This document shows, piece after piece, positions 18,831-29,205 of a stretch of 64,000 nucleotides of DNA (the stretch's first letter is position 1; each line of letters starts with the position of its first letter). A model generated the notes under the pieces. That model had not been told where the DNA came from and searched no databases. It saw only the letters and a list, made by a program, of their open reading frames with translations. This DNA is from a virus. The stretch lies in IMG/VR virus record IMGVR_UViG_3300037483_001116, positions 94,019-158,018 of that record; one strand, given 5' to 3'. The translations under genes were made by a program, and so were the position numbers.

Positions 18831-20993
18831 GTGACTGGACCGGTTGGTGATGCCGTTGGTGTTGTCTACGCCGACGTCCGGTTCAGTGGCAAAAAGGCCC
18901 CCCAAGATGTTGCTGACATTCTCGATGATGCCGGCGACAGGGGTGACGCCGAGATGGCGGACATCGGCGACAAGTGGGGCGATACCCTTGACGGCCATCT
19001 GAAGAAGAGTACGAGAGACACGGGTCGTGATGTAGCTCGTGGCATTTCCGCCGGCATCGAGCGCGAAGGCCTGAGGGTCACCAGCGAGACCCTCAGGTTG
19101 GACCGGGAAGGGAATGTTATCAGCCGCTGGGTGCGCTCAGTGGCTGATGATGCCGTGAAGGTGATCAAAAAGGAAGAGGCTTCGGGCGTTTTCGGAAAGG
19201 TCGGTAGCGCATTCACTGACGCCATCGGTGCTGGGTTCAATGTCTCAGGTAAGTCTCCGCTCATTGTCGCGCTGATCCCCGTCTTCGGCGAAATCGCCGG
19301 TCTCATCGCTGGCGCCATCCAGGCCGCTGGCGCTCTGTCGGCGTTATTGTTCATCATCCCCAACCTGGTGTTTTCTATTGGCCTTGAGGTCGGCGTCCTG
19401 TTCCTGGCCTTCAAGGGTCTCGGCGAGGCAATCCAGGGGGCGTTTGCGGCGACCAATGCTGATGAGCTGAAGAAGGCATTGGAGGGTTTGACTCCAGCGG
19501 CTCAAGGCTTTGTTAAGCAGTTGCTGCCGATGAGGGATCTATTCAGCCAGCTTAGGGACATTGCACAGGAGGGGTTCTTCTCCCAGTTGGGAGACATTCT
19601 CGCCCGGGTGTTCAACTCAAAGAGCCCGTTCTTTACGACTTTGAGTGCCAGCATCGGGCCATTGGCCAAGTCTCTGGGTGGGTTGGCCGCGCAGCTTATA
19701 TCGTTCTTGGCCGACCCGGTGTTTCTTCGGTTCATCAATACGATCGTTCCCCAGATCACAAGCTGGCTGGACAAGTTCGGCCCCGCTATGACCACCTTTT
19801 TGGTTGGTTTGGCAAACATTGGAACAGTGGTTGGTCCTTTGTTTGAGTGGTTCGGCGACGTAGTCAATTCATCGCTGGCAGGCTTTGGGCAATGGTTATC
19901 AGACCTGTCGACGGACCAGGACTTTCTTGACTGGCTTGAAGAGGTAAAAGGCGACCTGGCCGCCGTTGGCGACTTCTTCAAAGAGGCCGGCATCTTCATC
20001 TTTGAGTTCGTCAAGCAGCTTGATGCGGCAGGCGGCGATAAAATCATCACCGACCTGACCGGCCAGCTTCAGCTGTTCACTGCCTATCTTGCCAGCGATG
20101 CGGGACAAAAGGCGATGGAGGGCCTTGTCCATGTGATCCAATCTTTGCTTGTCTCCTTTACCATACTTACCTTCAGCGTGTTTTTCTTCTTCACCGCCAT
20201 AGAGGTTGTCGCTGAATATATTAGGCACAGGCTAATCCCAGATATCACAGCATTCTTCGAGTGGGTTGGCGGGGGAATCATGGGATTCGTCCACGCCGCC
20301 GGAGAGGCCATCAGCAACTTCTTCACCGTCACAATCCCGGGCCTCTTCTCCGACCTTCGCGCCTGGGTCAATAGCTGGACCGGCAACTTCTTCAACGAGA
20401 TGGGCGCAAAGTTCTGGGAGCTTGTCGGGCTTATCGTTGGCGCATTTGGTTGGTTCATTGACCGGATAAGGCAGACCGCCGAAAACGTCAAACAGTGGGT
20501 CAGTGACCGTATCCAGGACGTAAGGGACCTTGTTGACCGCATCCGGGGCGCCGTCGGAGAGGCTGCACTCCAGTTCATAGGGATCTTGTACAACGCTGGT
20601 CAGAACATTATCAACAGCCTTATCAACGGCATCACCTCAAGATTTTCGGCGATTGGTGACGCCATGAGTCGGGCGGCCACGATGGTCCGGGGCTATCTCC
20701 CGTTCTCGCCGGCCAAGGAGGGGCCCCTGTCCGGCAGCGGTGACCCGCTCATTTCCGGACAGAAGATCATCCAGCGCCTCGCCAGTGGCATCGAGATGGA
20801 GACACCGGCACTGACTGGGGCCATGAGCAACGCCACGTCCAACGTGCTCATGGGAGCCGGGGCCGTACAGATGAACTTCTACGGCCAGACCCCCTCTCAG
20901 CAAGAAGCCGCCAGCGTCGGCTCGGCCGCGGGGAACAGCTTCGCCAGCGTCCTGGCGGCACGTAACACACGCCTAGCGGTAAGGACAGCCTGA
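18831..20993 (+). CDS. Tape measure protein (~720 aa)
   Basis: Amphipathic helical W/F periodicity; C-terminal LPFSPAKEGPLSG motif; AGQNII.GLI.GI motif. Confidence 0.88.
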   Translation: MTGPVGDAVGVVYADVRFSGKKAPQDVADILDDAGDRGDAEMADIGDKWGDTLDGHLKKSTRDTGRDVARGISAGIEREGLRVTSETLRLDREGNVISRWVRSVADDAVKVIKKEEASGVFGKVGSAFTDAIGAGFNVSGKSPLIVALIPVFGEIAGLIAGAIQAAGALSALLFIIPNLVFSIGLEVGVLFLAFKGLGEAIQGAFAATNADELKKALEGLTPAAQGFVKQLLPMRDLFSQLRDIAQEGFFSQLGDILARVFNSKSPFFTTLSASIGPLAKSLGGLAAQLISFLADPVFLRFINTIVPQITSWLDKFGPAMTTFLVGLANIGTVVGPLFEWFGDVVNSSLAGFGQWLSDLSTDQDFLDWLEEVKGDLAAVGDFFKEAGIFIFEFVKQLDAAGGDKIITDLTGQLQLFTAYLASDAGQKAMEGLVHVIQSLLVSFTILTFSVFFFFTAIEVVAEYIRHRLIPDITAFFEWVGGGIMGFVHAAGEAISNFFTVTIPGLFSDLRAWVNSWTGNFFNEMGAKFWELVGLIVGAFGWFIDRIRQTAENVKQWVSDRIQDVRDLVDRIRGAVGEAALQFIGILYNAGQNIINSLINGITSRFSAIGDAMSRAATMVRGYLPFSPAKEGPLSGSGDPLISGQKIIQRLASGIEMETPALTGAMSNATSNVLMGAGAVQMNFYGQTPSQQEAASVGSAAGNSFASVLAARNTRLAVRTA

Positions 20994-21011
20994 TGTGGGC
21001 TCGGTGAATTG

Positions 21012-21101
21012 ATGGTTCATGTAGCGGAGAGATTTTGGTCAAAGGTGGATGCTGCATATCGTGCAGCAAAGCGCGGAGGTGATTCCCATCGGGTCATATA
21101 A
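21012..21101 (+). pseudogene. 29-codon remnant of an HNH endonuclease (internal deletion)
   Basis: Translates to MVHVAERFWSKVDAAYRAAKRGGDSHRVI; ERFWSKVD is the hallmark N-terminus of phage HNH proteins. Confidence 0.55.
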
Positions 21102-24100
21102 TCCTCATCTCCCTCAGATCCTTGGCCAGGAGTGGGTGCCGATCCGGGATGTGGGGCTCGTATACTCGCCTGGCGTTAACGCCGTAGAGCAGGGTGTCGC
21201 TTACACGCAAACGACCACCGAGCGCATACGCGACGCTCGCTTCTACGTCAACGAGATGCCCCAAAACATCAACGGGGCGCTGTACCAGGTCGGCCTTGTC
21301 AACATTTACCCAAATGGTAACGAGGCCCTTATCGGCCCGATTCGAGAAGTCATCATTCCCTGTAACAGTGGGTCGGTCACCGGCACAACGGTTTCAATTA
21401 ACGGCCTCGGTACAGTCGCTGACGCGGTGGGGCAGCCGGGTGACGGGAAACGGATCCTCATACGAGGTCCGGCGGCTGGAGAGAAAAGTATTGACTTCTA
21501 CTTTGCCACCAGCCAGTATGCGCAGCTCCTTCAGGGCAAGAGAATACTCAATGTCTCGCTGCTGTATGGCGGGGTTATACAAGACGTTCTTGACTGCTCT
21601 ACGTGCTTTACGGAGTTCGTTAACCCACTGTTGGGCCAGTTTCCTTCCGTCACCTCTATTTCGCAGTACAACGACGCAGGGCAGGGTGTCACATTCAGTC
21701 CCGAGGTTGTCCTCAACAATACGGGAACACTTAACCTTGCGGCCTCAGTCGACAACCCGGCCCATGATTCCAGCTCATCGCAAACGATAAATGCGCTGGA
21801 TCTGGGCGATGTAAATAACTTCTGGGACCCGGCCTCGCCCCCATTCCTGACGAATATCGGCGAACGTATCATGCCGTGGACATATGCGGCATTGGCCCGA
21901 CTCGAAGCATCGGCGACAAATCGTCAGAGAATACTCCTGAGAATAAACCTGCCCACAACGGCAGGGACCGCCCTCGACTCAGGAATACCGCAGATAAGGC
22001 TGGACTACATAGCCTTGAGGGTTATCTTCTGCGAAGAGACTCGGGTTGCCTACGGCGGCCAGGCATTCCGGTACAGGCTCGGTGGAAACACGGTCCGACT
22101 GCGGGATGCAGCTAGCACAACCGACGATCCTGTCATTGTTCCTGGCCCATACCTCCCGACCCTGTCCTTCGTCAGTCCCGGAAAGCTCGACTTTGGTCGC
22201 TCCATCAGCGGAAGCTTCCCGACACTGAACGCAGTACGACAGCTGTATGAAATTCCGTCACACCCAGCAGTCCAGCTCAATATCCCGTTCCCGTTGGAAG
22301 ACAGAATCGGCGAAACATTTACCGAACAGTCAACGGCCATCCTGCCGCAGCTGTCGCTTCACGCGTCCGGAGGTACCCTCCTCAACCCCCACGTCTACGG
22401 ACGTCAAGATGTTGCGCAGGTTTTTGGATCCGTCACAGCGACCCAGGACATTCTCGATGGCCCGGTAGGCGGAGCAACGACCTTCCCGTGGGTTCGTTTC
22501 TACTGTCGTCGATGGGGGAGCACCACGATCCCGCTAATGCTCGACTCCCCGACGATTGCCGGATCCAGCGTCAGCATCACACCAAGCGAATTCGATGCCC
22601 TGGACGAGGTCCTCGACGGCTGGAAAGCGGTCTCTCTGAGATTCACCACGCCCCCCACCATGGGCGCCGGCACCAATCCGATTTGGCGGTGGTCGGCAAC
22701 GGGCGAACTGGCCGGAAATCGATGGGAAATTCTCGGCTGCCAGGCATTTGCCATCTCCGGCGACATCCCGGGAAGCTATACCACTCCCATCCCCAGTCCT
22801 AACAAGCTGACCGTTGCCACGTACGGGCAGCCAGTGTCGGGCGCTGGCATCAACCTAGCCTGGGTCTCGTGGAACGGACCGTATGTCTCAGGGTCTACGG
22901 ACGACGAGACGTCCGACGCCACCTTGATCTTCGCCCAGGACATGCCAGCGGTCACCGGCTTCTCGGTCAGCATCCAGAGTCAGGCGCTCACCGGCATCGG
23001 TCAGGAGTGTGGGATTGATCCGTGTGGGATTCCAACACGCATTCTGTACCCACTCCCGACCTGGGGCGCCTACGCGAACTCGGCGGTCGTGTCGGACTCT
23101 TTCAGTCGGGCCGCAACTGGTTGGGCAAGCGCAGACTCAGGGCAGGTGTACACCGACAGTGGTGGAACTGTCGAAGGTGACTACATTACGACGGGCACTA
23201 GAGGTACACATACACTGACGACCGTCAATGTAGTTCGACATTCGACCTTGGACAGCACGTTCGCCACCAACTCGCACCATCGAGTGAAGATCTCCACCAA
23301 CGGCATCTCGACTGGAGCATCGGTGCGCGGTGCCGTGCAGTTCAATACTGCCGACACCAGCAATTACGACTTCGTCGACCTGCAGTTCGCTACGTCGCAG
23401 ACCGCAGAAATAGTTATCGCCAGAATGGTCGCGGGCGTCAGCACTGATATCACCAGCGTCTCGGCCGGCTTCTACGGCGCCGATCAAGAGTGGTGGCTTG
23501 ACGTCGACGTGGCCGTAGACGGCACTATCCGCGCCAAGGCGTGGCCAGTCGGGAACCAGGAGCCCTCGTCCTATCAGGCCACTACGACAGCAACGTTCAC
23601 CAGTGGCGCCGTCGGGCTACGTTCCATTCGATCAACCGGTAATACAAATCCAACCACCCCGGTCATCAGCTTCGGGGACTACTCCGTCAGCGCCTCGACC
23701 TGGAACTTTGGCTACCTTGAACTCCAGCGCAGTGACGAGCTAACGGACTGGGCCACGATCATGAAGGCGACCAGTCCGGCCATCACCAGCTTCAGGGACT
23801 ACGAGGCCCGGGTCGGCATGTCCAGTAGCTACCGCATCCGCGGCGTGGACGTATACGATTTCGCCGGCCCATGGTCAAGCACCGTCAGCATTAGCACCAT
23901 GGCTCCGGGCGTCAGCGGCTCCTGCCTGGACCAGGCACACGTCATGATCTTCACGACCAACGAACACCAAAGCGGCTACTCAAACCTGGCCTATTCCAAC
24001 GCCTGGGAGGACACCGTCAGCGAAGACTTCGGGTTTGCCGAAGCCGGCTTCACGCAGCTGCAGCCGATGTACAACCGGGACTTCTTCACCGCCTTCCGGC

Positions 24101-24375
24101 CGACGGAGCGAGGCGGTGAACAGTTCACCAGATCGCTCCTCGTCCAGGCCGCGGCAATTGCGCCGGAGACCCTGGGAGATTTCCAGTCGCTGCGCGACAT
24201 GGCCTGGACGCAGGTCCCGTATATCTGCGTCCGGGACGAGGACGGGAACCGGTGGCTGGCCAACGTCACCGTACCTAACGGCGTGGTCCAGAACCGGCGC
24301 CGGCTGTACCTGGCCTCAGTCGGGATTGTCGAGGTCACCGATACCCCATCGCCCGTGGACCCGTCGTGGCCCTAA
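21049..24375 (+). CDS. Large minor tail protein (start uncertain, ~21079-21088)
   Basis: Directly follows the tape measure gene; ~1100 aa beta-rich, with DSFSR...W lectin-like insert and F.DYEAR motif. Confidence 0.8.
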   Translation: MLHIVQQSAEVIPIGSYNPHLPQILGQEWVPIRDVGLVYSPGVNAVEQGVAYTQTTTERIRDARFYVNEMPQNINGALYQVGLVNIYPNGNEALIGPIREVIIPCNSGSVTGTTVSINGLGTVADAVGQPGDGKRILIRGPAAGEKSIDFYFATSQYAQLLQGKRILNVSLLYGGVIQDVLDCSTCFTEFVNPLLGQFPSVTSISQYNDAGQGVTFSPEVVLNNTGTLNLAASVDNPAHDSSSSQTINALDLGDVNNFWDPASPPFLTNIGERIMPWTYAALARLEASATNRQRILLRINLPTTAGTALDSGIPQIRLDYIALRVIFCEETRVAYGGQAFRYRLGGNTVRLRDAASTTDDPVIVPGPYLPTLSFVSPGKLDFGRSISGSFPTLNAVRQLYEIPSHPAVQLNIPFPLEDRIGETFTEQSTAILPQLSLHASGGTLLNPHVYGRQDVAQVFGSVTATQDILDGPVGGATTFPWVRFYCRRWGSTTIPLMLDSPTIAGSSVSITPSEFDALDEVLDGWKAVSLRFTTPPTMGAGTNPIWRWSATGELAGNRWEILGCQAFAISGDIPGSYTTPIPSPNKLTVATYGQPVSGAGINLAWVSWNGPYVSGSTDDETSDATLIFAQDMPAVTGFSVSIQSQALTGIGQECGIDPCGIPTRILYPLPTWGAYANSAVVSDSFSRAATGWASADSGQVYTDSGGTVEGDYITTGTRGTHTLTTVNVVRHSTLDSTFATNSHHRVKISTNGISTGASVRGAVQFNTADTSNYDFVDLQFATSQTAEIVIARMVAGVSTDITSVSAGFYGADQEWWLDVDVAVDGTIRAKAWPVGNQEPSSYQATTTATFTSGAVGLRSIRSTGNTNPTTPVISFGDYSVSASTWNFGYLELQRSDELTDWATIMKATSPAITSFRDYEARVGMSSSYRIRGVDVYDFAGPWSSTVSISTMAPGVSGSCLDQAHVMIFTTNEHQSGYSNLAYSNAWEDTVSEDFGFAEAGFTQLQPMYNRDFFTAFRPTERGGEQFTRSLLVQAAAIAPETLGDFQSLRDMAWTQVPYICVRDEDGNRWLANVTVPNGVVQNRRRLYLASVGIVEVTDTPSPVDPSWP

Positions 24376-25421
24376 CCACCATTCCTTTTGATCCGGTCCT
24401 GGATCTGGCGCCCTGGGTCGGCCAGCGCAGTAGCACCTTCCGGTTTCGGCTCGTAAACGCCGTCACCGGCGAGAGGCTAGGTGACATCCATCCGATACGT
24501 GGAGGAAGTCTCACCCACGACACGTCGCGCATTATCAAGCGCCAGTTAAATATCTCCCTCGGGACGCAAGACACGGCAGCTGTAAACCCAATCACGGACC
24601 GGATAGAACTGTCCATGGTCGTGAACGACGTCGAGTGGCCCCTTGGCCGCTACATGTTCACGGACCAGACCAAGCAGGTTTTCACATCCGGTAACCTGTC
24701 GAACGTGGTGCTGAACGATGAGATGTTCTTGGTGGACCAGGAGGTCACTAACGGCATCAATTCGGTTGGCTTCAGCATCGCCGTGACCCTCAATGTGCTC
24801 CTGGGGGAATTACCCATCGAGTACACGCTCGAACCGAGTCCGTATATTTCGGCTGGGGCGTGGAGTAGGGGGCAGACAAGGGGCTCGATTCTGGAGTCCC
24901 TTGCCGTAGCCGGGGACCTGTTCTCGCCATGGTTCGGCAACGACAGCGCGATGCACTTCATCCGAACCTTCAACCCAGCTAACCAGATACCGGCGTTCGA
25001 TTTCGACTCCGGATACAAGGTGCTCCGGGAGGGGATTTCTGAAACCTCCGACCTGCTTACTGCGCCCAACAGGTTCGTGGTCATATCTAACTCGCCGAAT
25101 AATCCTGACGTTCAGGTTGTCGCAGTAGCTGATGTTCCACAGAACGCGCCGAACTCGTTCATCAATAGGGGGTTCATCATCGCGAAGACGGAAGATCTTC
25201 AGCTGACAGACGTCGGCCAGGCACTTGCGGTTGCGCAGGGATTGGTCAACCGCCAGACAATCTTCGAACGAGTCACCCTGACCACAGCCCCCGATCCACG
25301 CCACGACTCTTATAACGTAATCCTGTGGCAGGGAGAACTCTGGTTGGAGTTAGCCTGGAGCCTGGACCTGGCCGAGGGCGGAACTATGACTCACGTGATC
25401 CGTAGGGGGTACCCAACCTAA
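24366..25421 (+). CDS. Minor tail (hub/baseplate-like) protein
   Basis: Synteny; EWPLG.Y, PNRFVV, T.PDPRHD motifs. Confidence 0.75.
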   Translation: MALTTIPFDPVLDLAPWVGQRSSTFRFRLVNAVTGERLGDIHPIRGGSLTHDTSRIIKRQLNISLGTQDTAAVNPITDRIELSMVVNDVEWPLGRYMFTDQTKQVFTSGNLSNVVLNDEMFLVDQEVTNGINSVGFSIAVTLNVLLGELPIEYTLEPSPYISAGAWSRGQTRGSILESLAVAGDLFSPWFGNDSAMHFIRTFNPANQIPAFDFDSGYKVLREGISETSDLLTAPNRFVVISNSPNNPDVQVVAVADVPQNAPNSFINRGFIIAKTEDLQLTDVGQALAVAQGLVNRQTIFERVTLTTAPDPRHDSYNVILWQGELWLELAWSLDLAEGGTMTHVIRRGYPT

Positions 25422-26158
25422 TGGATATGGATCGGTTCACACAGCAGATCCCCAACCTCGTTGGGGCTGGCGTTCAAGCGGTCGTGGAAAATGCAAATCG
25501 GCTTGGGTTGACATGGATTCTCCGTCTAGCGACGGTTGGAAGTTCCACTGACGGACCATCAACTATGGCCACCTATGACGGAGATACTGTCCCCATCGCC
25601 GTAACGAATATGACCGGGTTTTTCCTGCCCCCGGGGGAGCGAGTATATATTCTGATCATTCCACCGTCGGGGAATTTCATTGTCGGCTTTGCCGGAGAAA
25701 TGCAACAGCTGAGTCGTGGCCAGGTCGACTGGGTCGCGACTACCGCCAACTCGGCCTTCGTCGCCGCAGAGACAGTCGTGCTCACCGGCGCCAGCGTCAT
25801 CTTCCGAGCCGGCCGCGCCTACGAGGTAATTTCCCAGTGTGTGACGGACGGAAGTATCGCCAGCAACTCGGCCGGTTACCGGGTTCGCCGCACCAACCTG
25901 GCCGGGACCCTGCTGATTGGGCCCGTGGACTATCTCATGAACACGACCCTGGGAATCTCACAGGAAAGCGGCCTGAGGTGGGTAGTGGTGAACGCCACCA
26001 GTGCGGATATCACCGACAACTTGGTGCTCACGCTGGCGGCAAGTAGCGGCGGCCCAGACACCGTCTCCAGTCGGGCCGGGGGAGCCGCTCGGCCCCGATT
26101 CATGGAGATCTACGACATCGGCGCCGCCGCCGATTACCCCGGCGCCAACCAGATCTAG
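25421..26158 (+). CDS. Minor tail protein
   Basis: Coupled start; G.RV...P N-terminal OB-like region; C-terminal EIYDIG. Confidence 0.7.
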   Translation: MDMDRFTQQIPNLVGAGVQAVVENANRLGLTWILRLATVGSSTDGPSTMATYDGDTVPIAVTNMTGFFLPPGERVYILIIPPSGNFIVGFAGEMQQLSRGQVDWVATTANSAFVAAETVVLTGASVIFRAGRAYEVISQCVTDGSIASNSAGYRVRRTNLAGTLLIGPVDYLMNTTLGISQESGLRWVVVNATSADITDNLVLTLAASSGGPDTVSSRAGGAARPRFMEIYDIGAAADYPGANQI

Positions 26159-26160
26159 GA

Positions 26161-26382
26161 GTGTCCACAGTGGCCCAACCCAAACCGATCCCTGCCACTG
26201 ACCCGGTCGCCCAGGCGGGGCCCTACGAGGCCGTCGTGAACGGCACCTGTGCCCAGGGTCACCCCGTCAACGGCATGGGCCGCTGTCAACCCCTCAACGA
26301 CGGCGCCGAGCGGCAGTTCACCCCGGTATCGGCGCACTCACCATCGATGGCTGTATTCGAGGGTCTTGGATTTACAAACTAG
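26161..26382 (+). CDS. Small hypothetical protein
   Basis: ORF between tail and glycosyltransferase genes. Confidence 0.5.
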   Translation: MSTVAQPKPIPATDPVAQAGPYEAVVNGTCAQGHPVNGMGRCQPLNDGAERQFTPVSAHSPSMAVFEGLGFTN

Positions 26383-26416
26383 GCAAGGAGTCCGTGATGA
26401 GCATGGGTGGAAGCCA

Positions 26417-27515
26417 GTGAAGGTGTGCGTGATGCCAGCAGATACCGCTGGCTGCGGGTTTCTATCGACTTATCTGGGCGGCTGAGCACTTACAGAGCCT
26501 CGGGTACAACATCGAGATCCAGTACCCGAAGAGCAAGGGGTCGGGCGACGGCAGGGACACCGGCCTGGAGGTGCACTTCCGCGGCAATGTCGCCAACGAC
26601 CCAAACGCCGAAATCGTCGACGTCAAAATCCCCAACGACGCCGATGTGCTCGTGATGCAGCGGCTGAGCCACAACTGGCACGGCCGAGTCGTCGAGATCC
26701 TGCGGTCCAAGGGCGTCGCCATGGTTATTGACATGGACGACGACCTAAGCTGCATCCATCCGGACAACAAGGCGTTCATCAACTACCATCCCCGGAACCC
26801 AAAGACGCCGTACTCGTGGAAGAACGTCGAGCAGGCCTGCAAGGCGGCCACAATGGTCACAGTGTCCACGAAGCAGCTGATGGGCGTGTATGCCAGGCAC
26901 GGCCGCGGGCACGTAATCGACAACTACGTGCCGGAACGGTACCTACGAATCAAGGCCGACCAGGACAAGGTGTTCGGCTGGCCTGGAACTACAGACAGCC
27001 ACCCAAACGATCTGCAGGTGACGGGCGGTGCGGTACGGGAGCTGATCGACGCCGGCTACGAGTTCCGGGTCATCGGACCTATTACTCAGGCGAAGGGCGC
27101 CCTTCGGTTGAAGGAGCAGCCGCCGCATACGGGCGTGGTACAGCTGGCCGACTGGGCCAGTGAAATCGCCAAGTTGCAGGTCATGCTGGCCCCCTTGGCG
27201 ACGACTCCCTTTAACAGCTCGAAATCGCGACTAAAAGCTTTGGAGGCAGCCGCGGTCGGCGTTCCCTGGGTCGGTTCCCCCCGGGCCGAGTATCGTCGCT
27301 TCCACAAAGAGTCCGGCGGCTCGGGTCTTCTTGTCGAAAACCGTAAAGAATGGTTCAAGGCCGTCAAGCAACTGATGGACGACGCGTCGATGCGGCAGGA
27401 CCTGGGGGAGAAGGGCCGCGCCTTCGTGCAGGATCAGACGGTGGAGAATAACTCGTGGCGTCTCTGGGAGGCCTGGACCCGGGCTTTTGAGATTCAGCGA
27501 AAGGGTGGCAAATGA
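26417..27515 (+). CDS. GT-B (GT4-like) glycosyltransferase interrupted by a +1 frameshift at ~26460
   Basis: VKVCVMPADTAGCGF continues in the +1 frame as YRLIWAAEHL...; motifs DMDDD, FNSSKSRLKALE. Confidence 0.8.
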
Positions 27516-27685
27516 CATCAGTGTGGCAGCGTCCCCAGTGCGATACCAGCAACTGCGCCGAGGTGAAGGTCGAAAACGACAAGGTTTACCTACGCAGCTC
27601 CTCGAATCACCAGCTGGTCACCTTCAGCCTTGATGAGTGGAACATACTCAAGGCCGCAATCAAGGCGGGGGAATTCGACCAGTGA
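27512..27685 (+). CDS. DUF397/BldB-like protein (57 aa)
   Basis: MTSVWQRPQCDTSNCAEVK...VYLRSS...VTFSLDEW..L...IKAGEFD; ATGA overlap; not in the ORF track. Confidence 0.8.
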   Translation: MTSVWQRPQCDTSNCAEVKVENDKVYLRSSSNHQLVTFSLDEWNILKAAIKAGEFDQ

Positions 27686-27703
27686 AGCTGACCCGGGACC
27701 AAG

Positions 27704-28396
27704 GTGCAGTGGCGGATGAGTATGGAGACTAATCTCCCTCGCGGTCGAGGGGCCCTGATTCTTGCCCATGGCCGGCAGGAGCTGCTGAACCAAACCATCG
27801 AGGCCATTCGGCCCCAAGTCGATACCGTAATGGTCATAGACAATGCCTCGGACCCGCCACTAAAGATCCCGGAAGGCGTCGGGTCCATTTTTGTCCCCGA
27901 TCAACCTCCCGTTTTGTCTCGTTTCTGGAATATAGGCCTCGACTGGTTTGTCCAGTGGTACGACAGTCAGGGCCGTGGTCTTAACTACGACGTGGCGGTG
28001 TTGTGCGATGACGCCCCACCCCCGAACGGCTGGTTTGCCGCCGTCACCGAAGCGATGCGGGAGACGGGCGCCGTGGCTGGATCGTCGAGCCCGTGGAGTC
28101 AGCCGCGAGTCATGAAATACGAGATGGACAGCGACATCAGGAACCGCATGTGTTCCTGGGCGTTCATCATGGATGGCGCATCAGGGGTTCGCGCAGACGA
28201 GTCTATGCACTGGTGGTATTTTGACACATCTATGGATATAGATTTACGAAGGACTGGGGGAACAGTCTTGATTGGAACGCACCCGGTACAAAATATCCAG
28301 CCCAACTTTTTCACTGTCACAAAGCCGAATCTAAATGAGCAAGCGGGCCGAGATGGGGCACGATTCGCTGAACTTTATGGCAGGCTGCCTTGGTAG
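27704..28396 (+). CDS. GT2-like glycosyltransferase
   Basis: VIDNAS, WNIGL, VLCDD, DE...WW..D motifs. Confidence 0.7.
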   Translation: MQWRMSMETNLPRGRGALILAHGRQELLNQTIEAIRPQVDTVMVIDNASDPPLKIPEGVGSIFVPDQPPVLSRFWNIGLDWFVQWYDSQGRGLNYDVAVLCDDAPPPNGWFAAVTEAMRETGAVAGSSSPWSQPRVMKYEMDSDIRNRMCSWAFIMDGASGVRADESMHWWYFDTSMDIDLRRTGGTVLIGTHPVQNIQPNFFTVTKPNLNEQAGRDGARFAELYGRLPW

Positions 28397-28959
28397 CCAT
28401 AGAGTGCATTGAATGTCCTACGCCAGTCTATGGGCGAGGCTTATGTAAGAGACATTACGAATGGAAGCGTATACACGGACTTCTGGATGGGTTCGCTACC
28501 AAGAAACGTCCAGACATGGATCGCTACATGGAAAAGGTTGATAAAAACTGCGGGAGCGATGACTGCCATCCTTGGACGGGGTCCCTGGACGGATGCGGCT
28601 ACGGATTTTTTCGAGTTGATCGCCGCATGGTAAGGGCTCATCGTTGGGCGTATGGAATGATGATCGAGCCACTGACTCCCGGCGAGGTGGTTCGTCATAC
28701 CTGCGACAATCCACCATGCCAGAATCCGCGACATTGGATCAAGGGTTCGGTAAAAGACAACGTCCACGACATGATCCGTCGTGGACGCTCACCGGATCGG
28801 TCAGGTGGACGAAACGGAAGGGCAAAATTACTGGATCAGAACGTCCTTGAAATACGCGCCTCGGTTCTTGATCCAAAACAGTTAGCTATACGGTATGACG
28901 TGACCGTGACGAACATTCACGCGATCCAGAAACGACTCACCTGGAAGCATCTGCCATGA
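28390..28959 (+). CDS. HNH homing endonuclease
   Basis: GLC..HY; C.PWTG...GYG; AHRWAY; VVRHTCDNP.C.NP.H...G...DN..D. Confidence 0.9.
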   Translation: MVAIECIECPTPVYGRGLCKRHYEWKRIHGLLDGFATKKRPDMDRYMEKVDKNCGSDDCHPWTGSLDGCGYGFFRVDRRMVRAHRWAYGMMIEPLTPGEVVRHTCDNPPCQNPRHWIKGSVKDNVHDMIRRGRSPDRSGGRNGRAKLLDQNVLEIRASVLDPKQLAIRYDVTVTNIHAIQKRLTWKHLP

Positions 28960-29156
28960 TCTCTACTATGGATCATCTCCCGTTCCCGGGAATCAGTGAC
29001 GACCAGCGTCAGGTCCTAGTCCAGTGGCTGTACGCCGCAGCCGATCGTGAGTTCCATCGTCAGCGACAGGCGGCCAGGGCCCAGGATCGAGCCCGGCACG
29101 GCATCAGGGCCGGCGCACTTCGTGAATTCATTGATGAACTGACGAAGGGGTCGTAG
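28956..29156 (+). CDS. Hypothetical protein
   Basis: ATGA overlap. Confidence 0.55.
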   Translation: MISTMDHLPFPGISDDQRQVLVQWLYAAADREFHRQRQAARAQDRARHGIRAGALREFIDELTKGS

Positions 29157-29205
29157 TGGTGGTCAAGAACCAACGGGCCTTTGTGCAGAAACATGGCCGC
29201 GCGCC

